NCBI GenBank assembly: GCA_016937995.1
Contig: JAFGVM010000037.1
Location: forward strand, 47,437-67,436
Origin: Candidatus Delongbacteria bacterium
GTDB lineage: Bacteria > UBA4055
Direction of reading: 5' to 3'
DNA: 20,000 nucleotides
In this document: positions 15,397-20,000 of the stretch, in pieces
Layout: each line of letters starts with the position of its first letter
Numbering within the stretch: the first letter of the stretch is position 1
Notes under the pieces: generated by a model
Told to the model about the DNA's origin: nothing
Seen by the model: only the letters and a program-made list of their open reading frames with translations
Database searches by the model: none
Translations under genes and position numbers: made by a program

Positions 15397-15873
15397 ATGA
15401 AAAAAATAATATTTGTGTTAACAATGATCCTGTTCGGATTTACTTTTGCCCAGTTTAAAGCTGATGTTGAATCCTTTGATCCTAGAATGAATTTAATAAC
15501 TCCTTCATCAGGTTCGTTATTTGATATGTCGAAGATATCAGTGGATCATTCATTTTCTATGAATTATTCAACTTTCGGAAGTAACTCGACTTTCATCAAT
15601 GAATATGTTGCAGGAATAAACTACCGTATCTCCGATCCGATGAATCTCAGATTGGAAGTTGGAATGTCATATACACCTTATTCCTCATTTACTGTTCCCG
15701 GAGAGGAAGATCCTGCACAGATATATTTAAAATCTGCAACTTTTGATTATAGACCCAACAATCAGTTCCATTTACAGATCGGATACAAAACTTATAGACC
15801 GAATGATATATTATTCGAATCTCTGAACAGACCCTTCGGATCAAGTTTTTTATCACCGTCAACCGATGAATAA
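15397..15873 (+). CDS. Secreted hypothetical protein, beta-strand-rich
   Basis: Signal peptide MKKIIFVLTMILFGFTFA; SD GGGAG; alternating aromatic/hydrophobic strands. Confidence 0.75.
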   Translation: MKKIIFVLTMILFGFTFAQFKADVESFDPRMNLITPSSGSLFDMSKISVDHSFSMNYSTFGSNSTFINEYVAGINYRISDPMNLRLEVGMSYTPYSSFTVPGEEDPAQIYLKSATFDYRPNNQFHLQIGYKTYRPNDILFESLNRPFGSSFLSPSTDE

Positions 15874-15887
15874 ACCGGAAAAGGACT

Positions 15888-16421
15888 ATGCCAAGGATCA
15901 GAAAAACAAAAACACCTGTAACTGAAACAAAAGAGTCTAACTGGCTTCTATATATCATTGTGCTTCTGTTAATTTTTCAGACCGTTTTCCTTATCTACAA
16001 AAATTACGACTTCATTAGGTCCGGCTTTTTATCAAATGATACCGAATATATTTACGAGAATGCAGGTGTAGATGAGGATAATTCTCAGGCTGATACCAAT
16101 TCGATCAAAACAACTGATTATTCAGACCTTGACAGACCTGTAAGAGTAAGTATATTGAACGGTTGCGGAAAATCGGGACTTGCGAGCGAGTGGAAAACCA
16201 GGCTCAGAAATATAAAATATGATATCAGAGAAACAGGAAATGCCGATAAGAATTATATCAATTCTATCATTTTAAGCAGAATTAAAAATATGAAACCGGC
16301 ATTTGATCTGGCAAAGAAACTGGGTATTACTGACAACAACGTAATACTGCAGATAAATAAAGATATCGTGGATATAGACGTAACACTTATCATTGGAAAA
16401 GACTACAAAAACTTAAAATGA
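15888..16421 (+). CDS. Membrane-anchored LytR C-terminal domain protein
   Basis: One TM helix; VSILNGCGKSGLA...GNAD...DVTLIIGKDY pattern of LytR_C. Confidence 0.85.
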   Translation: MPRIRKTKTPVTETKESNWLLYIIVLLLIFQTVFLIYKNYDFIRSGFLSNDTEYIYENAGVDEDNSQADTNSIKTTDYSDLDRPVRVSILNGCGKSGLASEWKTRLRNIKYDIRETGNADKNYINSIILSRIKNMKPAFDLAKKLGITDNNVILQINKDIVDIDVTLIIGKDYKNLK

Positions 16422-17764
16422 TAGAAAAATTCCATTCACTGAGAGAAAAATACCCGACTTTTACATTTGAAGGTTTTTCATACTCAAAACTTGATACTGA
16501 GCTTGTAATTAAATTCAGCTTTACCCAATCTGACGATATAAAATTCTCCCCTGAAATTATCGTACCTCTGAATAATGATACCGATCCCGGGATGCTGGAA
16601 GTAATTATCTTCAACATCGGTATGATGGAATTGATCAGTTACTATAAAGCCTGCTGTTCCCCGACTATAGTGATCAAAGCGGGTTATTTGAACGAAAAAC
16701 AGCTTAAGTTCTGGAAAAATATTTATTTCAACGGCCTCGGTGAATTTTTATATACTAATCAGATAGAAACAACTCCTGATGAATTATTTTCATTCGTAGT
16801 TGATTCAGAGATAAAATATGAACAATTGAAATCTAATTTATCTGACGGATGTATTATTCCTGTCGGAGGCGGAAAGGATTCTGTTGTGACCCTGGAGCTA
16901 CTTAAGAACGAAAACAATAATTTACCGTTTATCCTTAACCCAAGAGATGCTTCAATTGACAGTGTCAGGTCAGCAGGATACGGTAATTATATTTCCTTCC
17001 TGAGAAAACTTGATCCAAAGCTATTGGAACTAAACAAAAAAGGTTATCTTAACGGTCATACACCGTTTTCAGCATTACTGGCTTTCGTGACAACTTTAGC
17101 ATCTGTTATCCACAAAAAAAAGAATATTGTTCTGTCGAACGAGAACAGTGCAAGTGAGGGAAATGTTCATTTCTCAGGGATCGAGGTAAACCATCAGTAT
17201 TCAAAATCATTTGAAGCTGAGAAGGCACTGCATGATTACATAGTAGAATTTATCCACCCGGAATTAAATTATTTCAGTTTTCTCAGACCGGTCTATGAAC
17301 TTAAGATAGCTGAATTGTTCAGCAGGTTCGAAGCACATTACTACAGTTTTAGAAGCTGTAATGTCGGCAGTAAAACGAATGAATGGTGCCGTAACTGCTC
17401 TAAATGCCTGTTTACTTTTATAATTCTTTCACCTTTCATTTCTGCTGCTAAAATGAGAAAAATATTTGGCGAGGATCTTTTTGAGAACAGAAAGCTTGAA
17501 CCAGAGCTAATTAAACTGATCGGAGACACAGACATAAAACCGTTCGAATGTGTAGGGACTCACCGGGAGATCAAAGCTGCTCTTGCCTATACTGTTCAGA
17601 ACTATACTGAAAATAAATTACCTCATCTTCTTGAATTGTTTAAAGAAAAATACAGTTCAGAATTCAAAAATATGTTGAAAGATTTCGACATACTTTTGCA
17701 GTTCTACAGCAGAGAAAATCTTTTGAATGAAGGATTTAACAATTTACTTTATGAAAAAATGTAA
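16418..17764 (+). CDS. murL: UDP-MurNAc-L-Ala-L-Glu epimerase (MurL)
   Basis: SYYKA, PP-loop-like GGGKDS, NGHTPFSA, SNE.SA, NHQYSKS, SCN, WC..C.KCLF, KPFECVG; directly upstream of a murD-like gene; ATGA overlap with the upstream gene. Confidence 0.85.
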   Translation: MIEKFHSLREKYPTFTFEGFSYSKLDTELVIKFSFTQSDDIKFSPEIIVPLNNDTDPGMLEVIIFNIGMMELISYYKACCSPTIVIKAGYLNEKQLKFWKNIYFNGLGEFLYTNQIETTPDELFSFVVDSEIKYEQLKSNLSDGCIIPVGGGKDSVVTLELLKNENNNLPFILNPRDASIDSVRSAGYGNYISFLRKLDPKLLELNKKGYLNGHTPFSALLAFVTTLASVIHKKKNIVLSNENSASEGNVHFSGIEVNHQYSKSFEAEKALHDYIVEFIHPELNYFSFLRPVYELKIAELFSRFEAHYYSFRSCNVGSKTNEWCRNCSKCLFTFIILSPFISAAKMRKIFGEDLFENRKLEPELIKLIGDTDIKPFECVGTHREIKAALAYTVQNYTENKLPHLLELFKEKYSSEFKNMLKDFDILLQFYSRENLLNEGFNNLLYEKM

Positions 17765-17871
17765 CGACGGCTTATCCATACAAATGATTTCAATTACTCA
17801 AAGTCCGGTGTTGAACCTTTCATTGAGTGATTTTTCAAAAAAATCTTATCGAAATGATGCGAAGGTTAAAA

Positions 17872-19254
17872 ATGAACACAAATAAACTGGAAAAATATTT
17901 CAACGATAAGAAGATTCTGATCCTTGGATATGGAAAGGAAGGAATATCTTCATTCGAGTTCATATCCAAAAATTTTACTCCGAAAAATATTTCCATCTAT
18001 GATAAAAGAGACCTGAGTGATTCGTTTAAGGTTGAAGGGATCAAGTTGATCTCTGGTATTGATCCTGAAAAGATCGAAGGTGATTTTGATATCATCTTAA
18101 AAAGTCCAGGAATTTCTTTAAGTAATGAATTCATTTCCAAATTTGAAAACAGGATTTCATCCCAGACCGATATTTTTTTAAAAGAATTCGGAAGGATAAC
18201 TATAGGTATCACAGGTACAAAGGGAAAAAGTACGACAGCTACATTGACCCATAAAATTCTTATTGATTCCGGCAAGCACGCACTTTTAGGTGGAAATATC
18301 GGTGTACCATGTTTTGATCTGATAAAAAATATTACAAAGAATACTGTCGTTGTCCTTGAATTATCATCACATCAATTACAGTTCATCAGTAGAGCACCAA
18401 GATTGAGTATCCTTCTGAATATTTACCCTGAACATCTTGACTTTTATAAAGATATGAGCAGCTATGCTAAAGCAAAGATGAATATTGTGAACGATGGTAA
18501 TGAATTCGTCATATATCCAAAGAAAGAATTTGTTGTGCTGGAGACCGGATCCAAAAAGATCCCTTTCACATTAGATATGAATAACGGGATAGCACAAATT
18601 GAGTATAAAATTGAAGGAAAACATAATATTTTTGAGTTTAAAGCGGATAAACTGAAACTTAAAGGAATTCATAATTTATACAATGTTTCCTCAGCAGCAA
18701 TAGCATGTATTATGACCGGTTGCGGGATTGAGCACATTATTCAGAGTATTTATACTTTCAATGGTTTGGAACACAGACTTGAATACTGCGGAACAATAAG
18801 AAATATACAGTTTTATAACGATTCTATTTCCACTATCCCTCAGACCACTATTGCAGCTTTGAAAACTTTTAATAATAAGGTTGGGTCCCTTATACTCGGA
18901 GGTTTTTTTCGTGGCAAGGAAATCACTTTTACTGAATTAGCCAAAGAGATCGATACATCTGATATTAAGAATATCTTTTTTTTACCCGAAACAGGAATAA
19001 TGATATTTGAAGAGATCCTGCAACAGGGATTTCAATTAAAAGTGGATAACTACAAAGTTTATACCACGATCGAAAAAGAAGGTAGAACGATAAAGTGTTT
19101 CTTTGCGAATGACCTTGATTCCATAAAAGCATTTATTTTTGAATACACCCCTAAAGGGTCTATCTGTTTACTATCCCCTGCATCATCAAGCTATAATACC
19201 TACAAAAATTTTGAAGAACGGGGAAACAGATTTAAAGAAATGATCCGGTCGTAA
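17872..19254 (+). CDS. murD: UDP-MurNAc-L-Ala--glutamate ligase, probably the L-Glu-using MurD2 type
   Basis: ILGYGKEG, KSPGI, ITGTKGKSTT, GGNIG, ELSSHQL, HRLE, NDSISTIP, LSPASSSY...FEERG; start ATG 17872 after GAAGGT. Confidence 0.88.
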   Translation: MNTNKLEKYFNDKKILILGYGKEGISSFEFISKNFTPKNISIYDKRDLSDSFKVEGIKLISGIDPEKIEGDFDIILKSPGISLSNEFISKFENRISSQTDIFLKEFGRITIGITGTKGKSTTATLTHKILIDSGKHALLGGNIGVPCFDLIKNITKNTVVVLELSSHQLQFISRAPRLSILLNIYPEHLDFYKDMSSYAKAKMNIVNDGNEFVIYPKKEFVVLETGSKKIPFTLDMNNGIAQIEYKIEGKHNIFEFKADKLKLKGIHNLYNVSSAAIACIMTGCGIEHIIQSIYTFNGLEHRLEYCGTIRNIQFYNDSISTIPQTTIAALKTFNNKVGSLILGGFFRGKEITFTELAKEIDTSDIKNIFFLPETGIMIFEEILQQGFQLKVDNYKVYTTIEKEGRTIKCFFANDLDSIKAFIFEYTPKGSICLLSPASSSYNTYKNFEERGNRFKEMIRS

Positions 19255-19358
19255 GATTTATTAGAACACCCTCATATTGTCCCTGTGTACTCTGTATTAA
19301 ATAATCTTGTGGTCTTTTCGTATACGTTGAATCGTCACTGAACCTTGATCATTCCGTG

Positions 19359-19414
19359 TTGGATGTTAGATATTCAGTAGAGGATCGCATTCCTGCGTTC
19401 CCTACTGGTCACTA
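19359..19414. repeat. Composite repeat copy B containing a GTAG...CTAC-bounded REP-like palindrome
   Basis: GTAGAGGATCGCATTCCTGCGTTCCCTAC (19377-19405); 47/56 identity to 12653-12707. Confidence 0.75.
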
Positions 19415-20000
19415 TTTAATAATTACAAATTTCCCAACGTACTCAAAATCACTGTCCACATCCTGTACACTGAACAAATAGATCCCTGAAACAGCAGCCT
19501 GATTATTCTCTGTTATGAAATTCCAGTATGCACCATAAACACCCTGTTGATAAGGTGTTCCTGTAGCTGCATTTCCATTGTGAGTAATGGTTTTTACCAG
19601 ATCTCCCGCCAGTGTATATATCTTTAAGATACATCTTTTGGGGAGATTCATGAACATTATTTTACGGTCTTTCTCAAACCATGTCCCACCGTCAATATTT
19701 TCCCAGTCCAGAGCCTGATAGTCAACATCATCCCTGTATGGATTCGGGAATACGACTATATCTGACGTATATGTAAGTTTACTCGGAATTATTGAAACTG
19801 CATTAGATCGGGGGTCAGATTGCATTGACGGTGTCTCTGTTATAGGATCACCGTGATCTATTGCTGTTACTGCGATATAATTCTCTTTACCGTAATTTTT
19901 ATTATGAAGAACAAATTTATAGTTGTAAAAAACCACTGTTCTTGTACTGTCATAAGTTTCTATCTCAATTGAATCCTGAGTAACTGTATAGTCATAAACA
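19412..20000 (-). CDS. 3' part of a probably secreted protein with T9SS/FlgD-Ig-like C-terminal domain (5' end outside the window)
   Basis: VFPNPY...FMNLP....KIYTLAGDLV......WN........SGIYLF.V......GKFVIIK; frame stays open from 19936 to the window edge, so the track start is not the real start. Confidence 0.8.
   Translation of the reverse strand, partial: VYDYTVTQDSIEIETYDSTRTVVFYNYKFVLHNKNYGKENYIAVTAIDHGDPITETPSMQSDPRSNAVSIIPSKLTYTSDIVVFPNPYRDDVDYQALDWENIDGGTWFEKDRKIMFMNLPKRCILKIYTLAGDLVKTITHNGNAATGTPYQQGVYGAYWNFITENNQAAVSGIYLFSVQDVDSDFEYVGKFVIIK

Noticed and set aside
17792-17831. Imperfect inverted repeat ATTACTCAA...TTGAGTGAT between murL and murD
   Set aside because: AT-rich, long loop, no U-tract and no second copy
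519-18275. Remaining short antisense or alternate-frame ORFs in the track (e.g. 519-788, 3070-3384, 13319-13594, 17997-18275)
   Set aside because: They overlap well-supported genes and show no independent motifs

Overview
AT-rich bacterial chromosome segment, probably from the FCB superphylum (inferred from a Bacteroidota-type bS22 ribosomal peptide, a PUR/DUF3276 protein and a protein with a T9SS/FlgD-Ig-like C-terminal domain). The housekeeping backbone is HU, MltD-like transglycosylase, PMM/PGM, trpS, pyrK, apbE, panB-panC, an N-terminal-only GlmU, a LytR_C protein and murL-murD2. Between trpS and PMM/PGM lies a ~4.5 kb, six-gene, tightly packed defence cluster on the minus strand, behind one strong predicted promoter: RloA/AbiLi-type ATPase, RloB/AbiLii TOPRIM protein, KTSC protein, Cap15-type 2TM effector, CD-NTase and an E2-only enzyme (type II 'short' CBASS). 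GATC density suggests the CBASS trio was added more recently behind a resident rloAB-KTSC operon. Other highlights: an unannotated 29-aa bS22 gene, a racemase-independent MurD2/MurL peptidoglycan route, four promoters sharing TTGnnn-17-TATCTT (one predicting a leaderless apbE mRNA), and several families of REP-like palindromes and heptamer repeats. I saw no integrase, transposase, tRNA, rRNA or CRISPR array. Protein family calls come from motif recognition, not database searches.
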